Positions 16,925-25,440 of a stretch of 42,828 nt of DNA are shown here, piece after piece. This DNA comes from a virus. The DNA is taken from the IMG/VR virus record IMGVR_UViG_3300017447_000003, positions 1 through 42,828 of that record; one strand, written 5' to 3'. Numbering within the stretch: position 1 is the stretch's first letter; each line of letters begins with the position of its first letter. The notes beneath the pieces are model-generated. The model ran no database searches. It had not been told where the DNA came from and saw nothing but the letters and a program-made list of their open reading frames with translations. The translations under genes and the position numbers were made by a program.

Positions 16925-18972
16925 TACTTCACCCTCTTACCGTTGGCGTCGAAACGGGGCCGGGACGCGCGCCATTCCGAATAGCTTACGGGCTTGTCGT
17001 TCGCACCGGTCGCGTTGCCGTTCTTATCGTACATGACAACCGGAGTACTTTGAGCGAACATCGCCCACTCTTTTTGGAACTGCGCCGCCGTACCATCGGC
17101 CTGCGCGTTGGCGAACTCTACTAGGTAGTCGTTCTTCCGACGCATAGCGCCAATCTTTGCGCGGGCGATGTTCTGGTTAGCAGTACGCGGCTTGTCGAGG
17201 CCCACGTTACTTTCGCTGATAAACCGCCGGTCGCCGTCCGAGATAGCAACGCCCAAGCTGCCGCCAAGGTTAGCCAACGTAGTATCGTTTTGTAGCGATG
17301 CCATTTCGGCCTTGCCGCTATCGATCCAGCCGTACACGCCGGTACGGCCTAGGGTATTCTGCGCAAAGCCGCCGGTACTTTCCTTCTCGTTCAAGTCTAG
17401 GAACCGCTGGTATTTCGCAATACCATCGTTGTTTGCGTTGATCTGCTGCCCGGCTTCCTGCTGCATTTTGAGGCCCGTGGGCGTGCTAAAGTACGCGTTA
17501 CGGTTGCCCTTGGCGGCCTGCGCTGCCGTGGCCAATGATACTTGATTGTCGCGGTTCTTCTGGTTCTCGCCAGCAGTAAAGGAACGTTCGGAAGCCGCCT
17601 GCGCCGCCTGAAATGCGCGCTGCGCTGCGTTCTCGCCCGCTTGGAACTGCTGCTGATCTTCGCGTGCCGAAGTATCGTACTCGCGCTGTACTTGCCCCTG
17701 CCCGGCTTGGAACGTCTGCGCGCCAAACGTCTGTTCCCGGTTAAAGTTACGCTGCGTCGCGTCGCGGCTAGTGGTGACAGCGGCATTACGCGCAGTACTG
17801 CGCGCGTCGCCATAGTCGTTAAGCGCAGCAGTATACCCCGTCTGGCCCTGCTGCTGTTCCTGCTGCGATGCCAGCGTACGCGCGGCGTTTTGTTCATCCA
17901 AGCCCTTGTCAAGGTACGTCTGCGCTATTTGCATTAGATCGGGGTTGCCCGACTGCATTAGCGATTGCGCCATGGCGATACGGCTTGATTGTACTTCCGC
18001 CGGGCGTTCCGGTGCCGCCGGGGCCTGCGTAGGCGCTTGCGGCAGTTCGGGTACGGCCTCCATCGTGGGCGCGACGATACCGGCCGTGGGGCCAGTCATG
18101 GCGGGAGCGGCGGGGGCGGACTGTTCGCCGTACTTGAGCGTGGACGGGTCCACCTTGCGGCCGGACGGGTCCGTAACCGTAAAGTGCAGATGATTACCCG
18201 TCGAACGGCCGGTACTACCTACCGCCCCGATGACTGCACCACCGGCTACCGCCTCACCCGGCTTTACGCCCGGCGCATCCTTTAAATGAGCGTACCCCGT
18301 AATCGTACCGTCCGCGTGCTTGATACGCACGAAGTTACCGCTACGGTTGTTAGTACCCGCGTTGAGTACCACACCATCGCTTGCCGCCATAATCGGGGTA
18401 CCGCCCGGCGCTGCGTAGTCGATACCGTTGTGGTTGCGCTTGCCACCGAACGTATCCGACGTGCGCGAAGCCGCGCCGCCTAGCGGGTTGATGAACGAGG
18501 GCGCACCACGACTAGGGCCGGTGCCGCCCGGCATAGGGGGCATGGCACCAACCGCCGCTGCCATGCCCGCCATGGGGCCGCCTGCGCCGCCCTGTGGGGC
18601 CATTTGAGCGGGCGGGGCCATGGGGGGTGCTACCGGGGCCATTTGGGGCGCTGACGGGCCGCCTAGCGCGCCTGCCGCTGCCGCCATCGGATTGGCCGGA
18701 GGCTGCGCCGTCGCAAGCTGCGCGGCCTGCGCCATCCCGTCCGTGTACGCGGCTTCGCGGGCGGCAAACTTTTTGTCCTGCCCCTTCTGCATTACCGCGC
18801 CTAGTACGGCCTGCGCGGCGCGTGCGAGGCCATCCGTTATAGCCCACCCGCCTTGCGCGACCGGGGCCGTAGACGTACCCAAGGCCAGCGCGGACTGCGC
18901 AAGCTTGTTTTTCGGGTCGTTCTGGTACGCCTGCTGAATACCGGGTATCGAACCGTAGTACTGCCCCGCCAT
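16924..18972 (-). CDS. Virion-associated M23 peptidase (peptidoglycan endopeptidase, ejection protein candidate)
   Basis: The segment HNGIDYAAPGGTPIMAASDGVV ... GNFVRIKHADG ... GSTGRSTGNHLHF matches the M23 motifs HxxxD and HxH. There is a Pro/Ala/Met-rich linker. I prefer ATG 18972 in a TAATG overlap over the track GTG 18978. Confidence 0.8.
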   Translation of the reverse strand: MAGQYYGSIPGIQQAYQNDPKNKLAQSALALGTSTAPVAQGGWAITDGLARAAQAVLGAVMQKGQDKKFAAREAAYTDGMAQAAQLATAQPPANPMAAAAGALGGPSAPQMAPVAPPMAPPAQMAPQGGAGGPMAGMAAAVGAMPPMPGGTGPSRGAPSFINPLGGAASRTSDTFGGKRNHNGIDYAAPGGTPIMAASDGVVLNAGTNNRSGNFVRIKHADGTITGYAHLKDAPGVKPGEAVAGGAVIGAVGSTGRSTGNHLHFTVTDPSGRKVDPSTLKYGEQSAPAAPAMTGPTAGIVAPTMEAVPELPQAPTQAPAAPERPAEVQSSRIAMAQSLMQSGNPDLMQIAQTYLDKGLDEQNAARTLASQQEQQQGQTGYTAALNDYGDARSTARNAAVTTSRDATQRNFNREQTFGAQTFQAGQGQVQREYDTSAREDQQQFQAGENAAQRAFQAAQAASERSFTAGENQKNRDNQVSLATAAQAAKGNRNAYFSTPTGLKMQQEAGQQINANNDGIAKYQRFLDLNEKESTGGFAQNTLGRTGVYGWIDSGKAEMASLQNDTTLANLGGSLGVAISDGDRRFISESNVGLDKPRTANQNIARAKIGAMRRKNDYLVEFANAQADGTAAQFQKEWAMFAQSTPVVMYDKNGNATGANDKPVSYSEWRASRPRFDANGKRVK

Positions 18973-21125
18973 TACCACACCTTCCTATAGTCTACGGCCA
19001 TGTACCCGCTGGGCGTATGTATGACGGCATCGGGCATGATCGCCATAACCTCCTGCGCCATAACGCCGAACTGGCGGGCCGTCGAACCGATATAGCTAAA
19101 CACGTAGGTTGCCAAGCCATTGGCGAGCGTGCCGATACGCCGCACGTCATGCTTTAGGCGACGGTCGGACATGATCGCGGCGCTACCAAGCGAACCCGCC
19201 AACCCGAATAGGCCGCCTAGGCCCTGCGACCGCGCCTGTTGCGCCGCCTGATACTGTTGGTTGGCGGCGTTGTAGTTGGCGTACACGGCCCCCTGATAGT
19301 CCGGCGCAGCTACACCAACTTGGCTGACGTTCTGGAACGTCGGGTTTTGCACGCCGCCGCCCGTACCAAGCAATGCGGCAATGTCGTTAAGCGGCAGGTT
19401 ACGCAGGTACGACGCTTCCTGTATTTGCTGCTGACGTGCCGAGTTGTTAAGCGCGGCGTTCGCGCCCGCTTGGTTAAAGGCTTGGTTCTGCGTCTGGTTA
19501 TTGAGTACCGCGTTCTGCTGCGCCTGCCCGAAGTTCTGCGCCTGCGCCGCATTGTACAGGCCAGTACTCGCTAGGTTCTGCTGGTACCGCTGATCCTGCG
19601 CCGCGTTGCCGAAAGTAGCCTGCTGCAAGTTCTGCGCGTTCTGCTGCGCCTGCGCGGCGTTACCGAACTGCGCGCTAGCTTGGTTCTGTCCGAACTGCTG
19701 CCCCTGTGCGGCGTTGTTAAGCTGCGCGTTCTGCTGCCCCTGTGCGAACTGCTGCCCCTGCGCGGCGTTAAACGCGGCAAGCTGCTGCGCGTTCTGCCCG
19801 AATACTTGGCCCTGCGCGGCGTTGTTAAGCTGCGCGTTCTGCATCCCTTGATTGAACTGGCCCTGTACCGCGCTGTTGTACGCGTCAAGCTGCGCGGCGT
19901 TCTGCCCGAACTGCTGCTGCTGCGCGGCGTTGGCGAAACTGCCCTGCGCCAAGTTCTGTTGGAACTGCGCGGCAGTACCGGAGTTCTGCGCGGCAAGCTG
20001 CTGCGCGTTCTGCCCGAATACTTGGCCTTGTGCGGCGTTATTGAGGGATGCGTTTTGCTGCCCCTGCTGAAACTGTTGGTTCTGCGCAGCGTTGGCAAAG
20101 TTGCCCTGCGTAGTAGTTTCGCCTACCTGCTGCTGACGAGTACCAAGCGCCTGCGTATAGCCCTGCTGCTGCGCCGCCAAGCCCTGCCCGTACGCGGTAT
20201 TCTGCGCCTGCCCGTAAGCATCGGTGCGCGACCGCGCGAAGTTATCCATTTCGCGGCGGTAGGCGTCGCTGTTCTCCGCAATGCCAGCATTTGCCAGCCG
20301 CGTACGCATGTCGCTTTCCTGCTGCGCGAACTGCGGGTCCAGCCGCGCCGCTGCTGCCCTGTACGCGCCGTCGCTGGCCTGCTGCGCCGCTTGCGTGAAG
20401 TCGCCGGGGTTGAATTGCTGCCCGAAGTTTAGGCCGCTTTGCACCTGTCCGGCCTGTACGTTACGCGTCACGTCGCCTGCGCCCGCGATCTGCGTACCGT
20501 ACTGTCCGCCCTGTACGCTGCCCTGAATACCGCCAGCGGGGGCAATCTGCCCCTGATACGTACCGCCCTGTACGTTCGACGTAACGCCGCCCGCCCCGGC
20601 TATCTGGTTCTGTATCGCACCGGCTTGCACGTTCGACGTAAGGGGGCCTCCCGTGCCGAACGATGACTGAATACCGCCGCCCGCGTTGTACCCCGACTGC
20701 ACTTGCCCGGCCGGTGCTACCTGCCCGATTGCTTGCGGGTTGGCGGTACCGTACTGTAGGCCGCCCGCCTGTACGCCCGTCTGCAATGGCGTCATGCCAT
20801 CGAACGTAAAGGGCTGCGACTGCGCCGCCTGCACCCGCGCCACGTTCTGCTGCGCCAGCCCGCCTAGGGACTGTGCAATCTGGTTCTGCTGGTTGTATAG
20901 CGCCTGCTGTTCGGGCGAATACGATTGCGTCTGTGAGTACTTCGGCGTTCCGTCCGCGTTCGTACCCGTCTGGTTGTACGTGATACTGCCTTGCGGCGTG
21001 TACTGATCGATACGGTTTAAATTAGCCTGCGTAATCGCGGCTTGCGTATTGGCCTGCGCCTGCGCGTTTGCAGTCGCTACCGGATCGGGAGCGGCCGGGG
21101 CTGCTGGCGTTGACTTCTTACCCAT
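18972..21125 (-). CDS. Gln/Asn/Ala/Gly-rich repetitive fibre-like protein with a C-terminal peptidase S74 intramolecular chaperone domain
   Basis: The C-terminus MSDRRLKHDVRRIGTLANGLATYVFSYIG...FGVMAQEV...PDAV fits the S74 autoproteolytic chaperone (SDxxxK). The remaining ~640 aa is low complexity with repeats such as LNNAAQGQVFGQNAQQLAA. Confidence 0.75.
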   Translation of the reverse strand: MGKKSTPAAPAAPDPVATANAQAQANTQAAITQANLNRIDQYTPQGSITYNQTGTNADGTPKYSQTQSYSPEQQALYNQQNQIAQSLGGLAQQNVARVQAAQSQPFTFDGMTPLQTGVQAGGLQYGTANPQAIGQVAPAGQVQSGYNAGGGIQSSFGTGGPLTSNVQAGAIQNQIAGAGGVTSNVQGGTYQGQIAPAGGIQGSVQGGQYGTQIAGAGDVTRNVQAGQVQSGLNFGQQFNPGDFTQAAQQASDGAYRAAAARLDPQFAQQESDMRTRLANAGIAENSDAYRREMDNFARSRTDAYGQAQNTAYGQGLAAQQQGYTQALGTRQQQVGETTTQGNFANAAQNQQFQQGQQNASLNNAAQGQVFGQNAQQLAAQNSGTAAQFQQNLAQGSFANAAQQQQFGQNAAQLDAYNSAVQGQFNQGMQNAQLNNAAQGQVFGQNAQQLAAFNAAQGQQFAQGQQNAQLNNAAQGQQFGQNQASAQFGNAAQAQQNAQNLQQATFGNAAQDQRYQQNLASTGLYNAAQAQNFGQAQQNAVLNNQTQNQAFNQAGANAALNNSARQQQIQEASYLRNLPLNDIAALLGTGGGVQNPTFQNVSQVGVAAPDYQGAVYANYNAANQQYQAAQQARSQGLGGLFGLAGSLGSAAIMSDRRLKHDVRRIGTLANGLATYVFSYIGSTARQFGVMAQEVMAIMPDAVIHTPSGYMAVDYRKVW
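19600..20100. repeat. Degenerate in-frame tandem repeats inside the Gln-rich fibre gene
   Basis: A 38 nt perfect duplicate, GCGGCAAGCTGCTGCGCGTTCTGCCCGAATACTTGGCC, occurs at 19774-19811 and 19990-20027 (216 nt, or 72 codons, apart). Many shorter GCGGCGTTGTTAAGCTGCGCGTTCTGC-like copies are present. Confidence 0.7.
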
Positions 21126-21564
21126 TCAAACCCCCGAAAAACTGGCAGTCTTCCGCCAGTAGACCATAGATTAAGGCGTCCTTCTCCCCGTCATATCCTT
21201 TTCGGATATTGCCTTCAAGCACGAAGTTTAAAGCCTCTAGGAAGGCGCGGGCCTTAGTATTGTTCTTACGCGTAATAGACGTACATCGGACGCACTTAAG
21301 CTGCCCGAATACATACAGAAATATGGCGTCGAATACGTGGTCGCGCCACGCCATCGCGGTTTCGCTAGCGCACGACAACTCACAGTTTACGGCGCGGCCG
21401 TTGCTGTACGTAATGTTGCTGACGATGACAGCGCCGACAAAGCCGTTTGTATCCGATAGGATAGCGAAGCCCTGACATTGCGCCGGGTCGAATACTGCGT
21501 CTGTTTTCTCGCGCAAGTACTCGCATATCATCGGAAGCTTATCGCCAGCAGGAACGGCACGCAT
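21118..21564 (-). CDS. GNAT-like (RimJ/RimL-type) acetyltransferase fold protein embedded in the tail operon
   Basis: The C-terminal NNTKARAFLEALNFVLEGNIRKGY...DALIYGLL resembles the GNAT C-terminal region. The acetyl-CoA loop Q/RxxGxG/A is not evident. Its GC looks lower than its neighbours by eye. Confidence 0.45.
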   Translation of the reverse strand: MRAVPAGDKLPMICEYLREKTDAVFDPAQCQGFAILSDTNGFVGAVIVSNITYSNGRAVNCELSCASETAMAWRDHVFDAIFLYVFGQLKCVRCTSITRKNNTKARAFLEALNFVLEGNIRKGYDGEKDALIYGLLAEDCQFFGGLNG

Positions 21565-23156
21565 TATATCAGCAACCCTTTAGTTTTCTCCATGATATAC
21601 TGCGTTGCGTACCATCGCAAAGTCAAGCCCTGTAGAGAGGCGCGCAGCCATAGGGAGCCGGTCACGCCGCCTTTGTTAAGCGTGACGATGAAACGCTGCG
21701 TCCGGCCGTCGTCTCCCCACGTACCCGCATCCCACGCCGCCAAGTCCCATTCCGCGCCAGCAGACGGCGCTAGCTGGTTCACGTAGCCGGGCGTATCCTC
21801 CGAGTAGTCTACGTTGAACTTGCCCGATAGCGGGGGTTCACCGTCGCAAGATACCAGCAGCGCCGCCCACTGAAAGTGCTTTTGCAGAAACGCCATACCG
21901 CTACCGTCATCGAAGTAGTTGTACGCCTGTTTGATATCGCAGCGAACCGGTACGCCATCGTCAAAGCGGCCTTCATCTGCAAGCATAACAAAGCCATCAA
22001 AGCGACCGAAATACAGCCGCTTATTGAATACGGTAAACGTAAGCCCGTTCCAGCCCGTGAAGCGGCACCAAGCGTTAGTCGTCGTATTCATTACGTAATG
22101 ATGGTACTGTCCGCTGATAGACGACGTAGCCGGAACATTTAGCAGCAGCCAGCCCCCGCCGCCGCTATACTGCACGCCCTGCCACCCCGGTACGCCTGCG
22201 TTAGCGTTGAAAGCGGACAAATAGTTGCCAAGCTTTGACGTTATCGCGGAATAGCCCGCTCCCGCTACCCCGGCCGCCTGCGCGTCGCCCGCACGCCGTA
22301 TTTCCGAAAACGGTAGCGCGCCTTCCTCCGTTAGCAAGATTAGTTCGGTGCCGTAGTTTAGCGTACACTTCGGCCCGATAGGCGCGGCTGCGTAGTAGCG
22401 CCCTACTAGCGCCCACCCGGCTACGCTTGAGGGATCGTTACCAGCGTAGACGATCATTTCGCCTTTGTTCGTAATAAATACGATGTAGTCATTAGGCGTG
22501 CTGCCGTTGCCGCTTTCCGAGAACGACGCAATCGCGACCAAGTAGCCGCCCCGGCGCGCTACCTGCCCTAGATCGAAGTACGACAGCGCACCTTGAATAG
22601 CGCCCACCGGGAGATAGTAGAACCCTAAGCGGTCACGCTGCCCGAAGTACAGACGTGATTTAAATGCAAATACCGTATTGAGCGTATTCTGCGATCCGGT
22701 CATGCCAGTAAGGTTTAGCGTCGATAACGCTGTACCATCGTAGCGGCGCGGCTGATCGAAACCGCTTACGATGATTAGATGCTGCGCGTTATCCGCCGCG
22801 TTACTAAACATCGTAGTAACCACTAGATTACTTAGCAGCCCGCTAGTTAGCTGTTGCGGTATCGGCGTACTTACGTCATACACCCGCCCACCCGCCCACG
22901 CTAGCATACGGTCGCCCGCGCCACCCGCGTACACTTCAAGCGACTGCACAGGCGCGCCTAGCGACGCGTTGCTATACTTGATAGTACCTTTGCGGCTGTC
23001 CACCGACGCAGTACCGGGGAACGCGTTGTCCATCAAATAGGCGTCTTGAGGGGCCATAGAGGCCAAGGGATCGCGGCCGTTCAACCCGCCGATAGGGGCC
23101 GGGACCGTGATAGGCTGTGATGTTTGCCCGGTGCGGACGCGCGGTGTAGGGATCAT
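21564..23156 (-). CDS. Virion structural protein, 530 aa (tail tube/nozzle candidate)
   Basis: Called on position and size only. TAATG/ATGA coupling on both sides. Confidence 0.45.
   Translation of the reverse strand: MIPTPRVRTGQTSQPITVPAPIGGLNGRDPLASMAPQDAYLMDNAFPGTASVDSRKGTIKYSNASLGAPVQSLEVYAGGAGDRMLAWAGGRVYDVSTPIPQQLTSGLLSNLVVTTMFSNAADNAQHLIIVSGFDQPRRYDGTALSTLNLTGMTGSQNTLNTVFAFKSRLYFGQRDRLGFYYLPVGAIQGALSYFDLGQVARRGGYLVAIASFSESGNGSTPNDYIVFITNKGEMIVYAGNDPSSVAGWALVGRYYAAAPIGPKCTLNYGTELILLTEEGALPFSEIRRAGDAQAAGVAGAGYSAITSKLGNYLSAFNANAGVPGWQGVQYSGGGGWLLLNVPATSSISGQYHHYVMNTTTNAWCRFTGWNGLTFTVFNKRLYFGRFDGFVMLADEGRFDDGVPVRCDIKQAYNYFDDGSGMAFLQKHFQWAALLVSCDGEPPLSGKFNVDYSEDTPGYVNQLAPSAGAEWDLAAWDAGTWGDDGRTQRFIVTLNKGGVTGSLWLRASLQGLTLRWYATQYIMEKTKGLLI
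22658..22665. repeat. ATTTAAAT octamer (dispersed motif family)
   Basis: Inside 21564..23156 (minus), read as GCA TTT AAA TCA. Confidence 0.9.
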
Positions 23157-23863
23157 AGCCCGAACCCGTCGTTACGGACGTAGCCGGGAGCAAGTTCACA
23201 CCTACGCCGCCCGCCGATGGTTATTTCGCCCTGCGCGGTATAGCGCGCGTACTGCGCCTGTATGGTGGCGTTATACTCCGCTAGTTCGGCGCTAAAGTCC
23301 AAACCCTTGGCGCGGCGGAAACGCCATTTAACGCCCATTTCGATATACCGTTCGGGTACCTTCGAAACGTCGTCATCGTTCATATACATAGCTGCGCCCG
23401 CACCCTGCGCGGTACGTACGTATTCGTCGCTGTAATACACCGCTACCAGCCCTTGCACGCCTAGCGGCGCGGGGGTAATCTCGATACCGGGCGTACCCAA
23501 CGGGTAGACCACACGGAAGCGGGGGCGCTCTACGTTGGCCAGATGGCCGAACTTAAGCATTTCCCAATACTGCAAGCCCGTACTGCCACGTAGCGCGAAG
23601 TATTGGTTTTTGTTGAATACCGAGTCCGGCGCTAGTACGCGGAAGTCACCCGGCCACAAATAGATGCCCTGCCCCGGCACGGTCGGGAAGCTGTATTCGA
23701 CTTCCAAATGAGGCCAGTTGAATTGTTCGGATAGCGCCTGCAACTCCGTATTGCAGATGGCGAATATCTGCTGCGCGGTTGCGTCGCTGTTGCTTGCTAC
23801 CGTGCTTAGTACTGGCCAGCCTGTCTCCGCTAGCACTCGTTTGCAGATAGAAAGCAATGACAT
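23153..23863 (-). CDS. Virion structural protein, 236 aa (head-tail adaptor candidate)
   Basis: The start reads AGGAGGACATTTAAATG, directly after a terminator. Function is inferred from position. Confidence 0.45.
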   Translation of the reverse strand: MSLLSICKRVLAETGWPVLSTVASNSDATAQQIFAICNTELQALSEQFNWPHLEVEYSFPTVPGQGIYLWPGDFRVLAPDSVFNKNQYFALRGSTGLQYWEMLKFGHLANVERPRFRVVYPLGTPGIEITPAPLGVQGLVAVYYSDEYVRTAQGAGAAMYMNDDDVSKVPERYIEMGVKWRFRRAKGLDFSAELAEYNATIQAQYARYTAQGEITIGGRRRCELAPGYVRNDGFGL

Positions 23864-23869
23864 TTAAAT
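23862..23869. repeat. ATTTAAAT octamer (dispersed motif family)
   Basis: Overlaps the start codon of 23153..23863 (minus). Full 10-mer CATTTAAATG. Confidence 0.9.
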
Positions 23870-23880
23870 GTCCTCCTACT

Positions 23881-23907
23881 AAAAAGGCGGGAGCCGAAGC
23901 CCCCGCC
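23881..23907 (-). terminator. Rho-independent terminator on the minus strand
   Basis: The minus strand reads GGCGGGGGC-UUCG-GCUCCCGCC-UUUUU: a 9 bp stem with one mismatch, a UUCG loop and a U5 tract. It lies between 23934..24791 and 23153..23863. Confidence 0.7.
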
Positions 23908-23933
23908 CTGTAGTACCCGTAAAGGCCCGTCGT

Positions 23934-24791
23934 TTAGATCAACGGGCGCGGCGCGTTGTCGGGCTGCGTATTCTGCCCGGTGGCCTCCGCTGCCGCCTTC
24001 GCGCCGTCCTTCGCTTCGCCCTCGCCGGGGGTAAGCGGCGACGCGCTGCCGCCCGACATGTTCGCGAACGGGTTCGGCTGGCTGATCGTACCCGGCCCAA
24101 GCGGGTCATTGAGCATGGACGTATTGTTACCCTGCGTACTGCCCGGCGCGGGCGGCGGGGCGGGCTGTCCGGTACGGACGGCACCGAGTTCTGCCAGCGT
24201 GGCGGACAGCCGTTCGTTGAGGCTGTTGTTCTCGTTTTGCAGCCGTACGTTTTCCTCGCGCAGCTTGGCGAGGTCCGCGCCCATCTGCATGGATGGGATA
24301 CCGAACTGGCGCGAGTTGATGAACGCGTTCGCCTGATCGCGCAGTACCCGGCCGCCCATGCCGAGATTGGGCAGATGCGTATCCTGTACGCCCGCCAGCA
24401 TTTCGACGGTATGGATACCCGCCGCCTTGAGCGTCGCGGCCGTACCGGTATCGATGTTCGGCCATTGGCTGATCGGAGTACCCGACGCCAGCCCCACGCC
24501 GTTCTGCGCCTTGTAGGCTTCGACCTGCGGCTGATACTGCACGTACTTGGGCGAGCGTTCGACCAGACGGTTTCCCGCCGCGTCCTTGCCCGCTTCCTCG
24601 CAGTACGTCCGTTCGACTTCGAATTCGGGCGTACTCTCCCGGCTACCCGGTACCATGACTTCGACCAGCAGCGAAGTATCGAAGATCGGGCGGCCGTTCT
24701 TTTCCGACTGAAAGTTATTTTTCGTCGGGCGTTCGAAGAACCGAAGGGCGGTACCGTCCGGCCCCTGATAGATTTGATCCGTTCCGTCCAT
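23934..24791 (-). CDS. Hypothetical protein, 285 aa, with an HhH-like segment, a coiled coil and a Pro/Gly-rich tail
   Basis: AGGAG SD. AATLKAAGIHTVEMLAGV looks like a helix-hairpin-helix, and LAKLREENVRLQNENNSLNERL looks like a coiled coil. Followed by a terminator. Confidence 0.5.
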   Translation of the reverse strand: MDGTDQIYQGPDGTALRFFERPTKNNFQSEKNGRPIFDTSLLVEVMVPGSRESTPEFEVERTYCEEAGKDAAGNRLVERSPKYVQYQPQVEAYKAQNGVGLASGTPISQWPNIDTGTAATLKAAGIHTVEMLAGVQDTHLPNLGMGGRVLRDQANAFINSRQFGIPSMQMGADLAKLREENVRLQNENNSLNERLSATLAELGAVRTGQPAPPPAPGSTQGNNTSMLNDPLGPGTISQPNPFANMSGGSASPLTPGEGEAKDGAKAAAEATGQNTQPDNAPRPLI

Positions 24792-24822
24792 GACGGGTAC
24801 TCCTAGAGAGGGTTAGAAAGTT

Positions 24823-24857
24823 GGCGGGTACTGCGAAAGGGGAACACAGTACCCGCC
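24823..24857 (-). other. Stable stem-loop between the decoration-like gene and the next gene
   Basis: GGCGGGTACTG (24823-24833) pairs perfectly with CAGTACCCGCC (24847-24857) around a 13 nt loop. There is no clear U-tract. Confidence 0.5.
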
Positions 24858-24882
24858 CCGCGCAAGGGGCCGATGAACCCCC

Positions 24883-25395
24883 TTACGCGATCTGCGATTG
24901 CACCGCCGGGCGGGTCAGCGTAAGGTACGCCTGCCCGGCCGCCGGGACGCCTGCCGCCGATGACAGACGCGCGCCCAAAAGCTGCGCCCCCGCCGTCGCC
25001 GCACTGGCCAACTGGCCGGGCGTTGCCGACAGATGCGCGCGGCCCGCGACCGTACCGGCTACCACGTTCACGATGGCAACGCCGCTGATCTGGAACCAGC
25101 CGAACGAACCGAGGGGGACGGGTACGAGCGCAACGGCCGTGGGGAACCCCGTATTGGCCGCCGTACCGGCCGTCGAACGCGCCGTGGTAGCTGCGCCGGG
25201 GAGCAAGTCGAAAACGACATGATCGCCCGCCAGCGTACCCGCGACGCCCGGCAGATAGATAAATTCACCTTCGCCCAACAGGTCGTCAAACCCGCGCTCG
25301 ATACGGCCGATTGCGACGCGTGCGACAGTATCGACACCCGCCAGATTGAACGCAGGCTGTCCGAGGGCCGCGTTATAGGAAGTCTTGAACGGCAT
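24883..25395 (-). CDS. Capsid decoration/cement protein candidate, 170 aa
   Basis: Lies immediately downstream of the major capsid gene. The start reads GGGAGTACATTTAAATG. Gly/Ala/Val-rich beta-type sequence. Function is inferred from position. Confidence 0.4.
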   Translation of the reverse strand: MPFKTSYNAALGQPAFNLAGVDTVARVAIGRIERGFDDLLGEGEFIYLPGVAGTLAGDHVVFDLLPGAATTARSTAGTAANTGFPTAVALVPVPLGSFGWFQISGVAIVNVVAGTVAGRAHLSATPGQLASAATAGAQLLGARLSSAAGVPAAGQAYLTLTRPAVQSQIA

Positions 25396-25401
25396 TTAAA
25401 T
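25394..25401. repeat. ATTTAAAT octamer (dispersed motif family)
   Basis: Overlaps the start codon of 24883..25395 (minus). Full 10-mer CATTTAAATG. Confidence 0.9.
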
Positions 25402-25413
25402 GTACTCCCAATA

Positions 25414-25438
25414 GAGTAGGGGCCGAAGCCCCGTACTC
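25414..25438 (-). other. UUCG-tetraloop hairpin just after the major capsid gene (attenuator or mRNA-stabilising element)
   Basis: The minus strand reads GAGUACGGGGC-UUCG-GCCCCUACUC (5+5 bp with one bulge). There is no U-tract, so it is not a canonical terminator. Confidence 0.5.
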
Positions 25439-25440
25439 GT

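Noticed and set aside
19600-20100. Repetitive DNA that could be mistaken for a CRISPR-like or satellite array
   Set aside because: The repeats are in-frame, degenerate and encode the Q/N-rich protein repeats. There is no spacer-repeat regularity and there are no cas genes.
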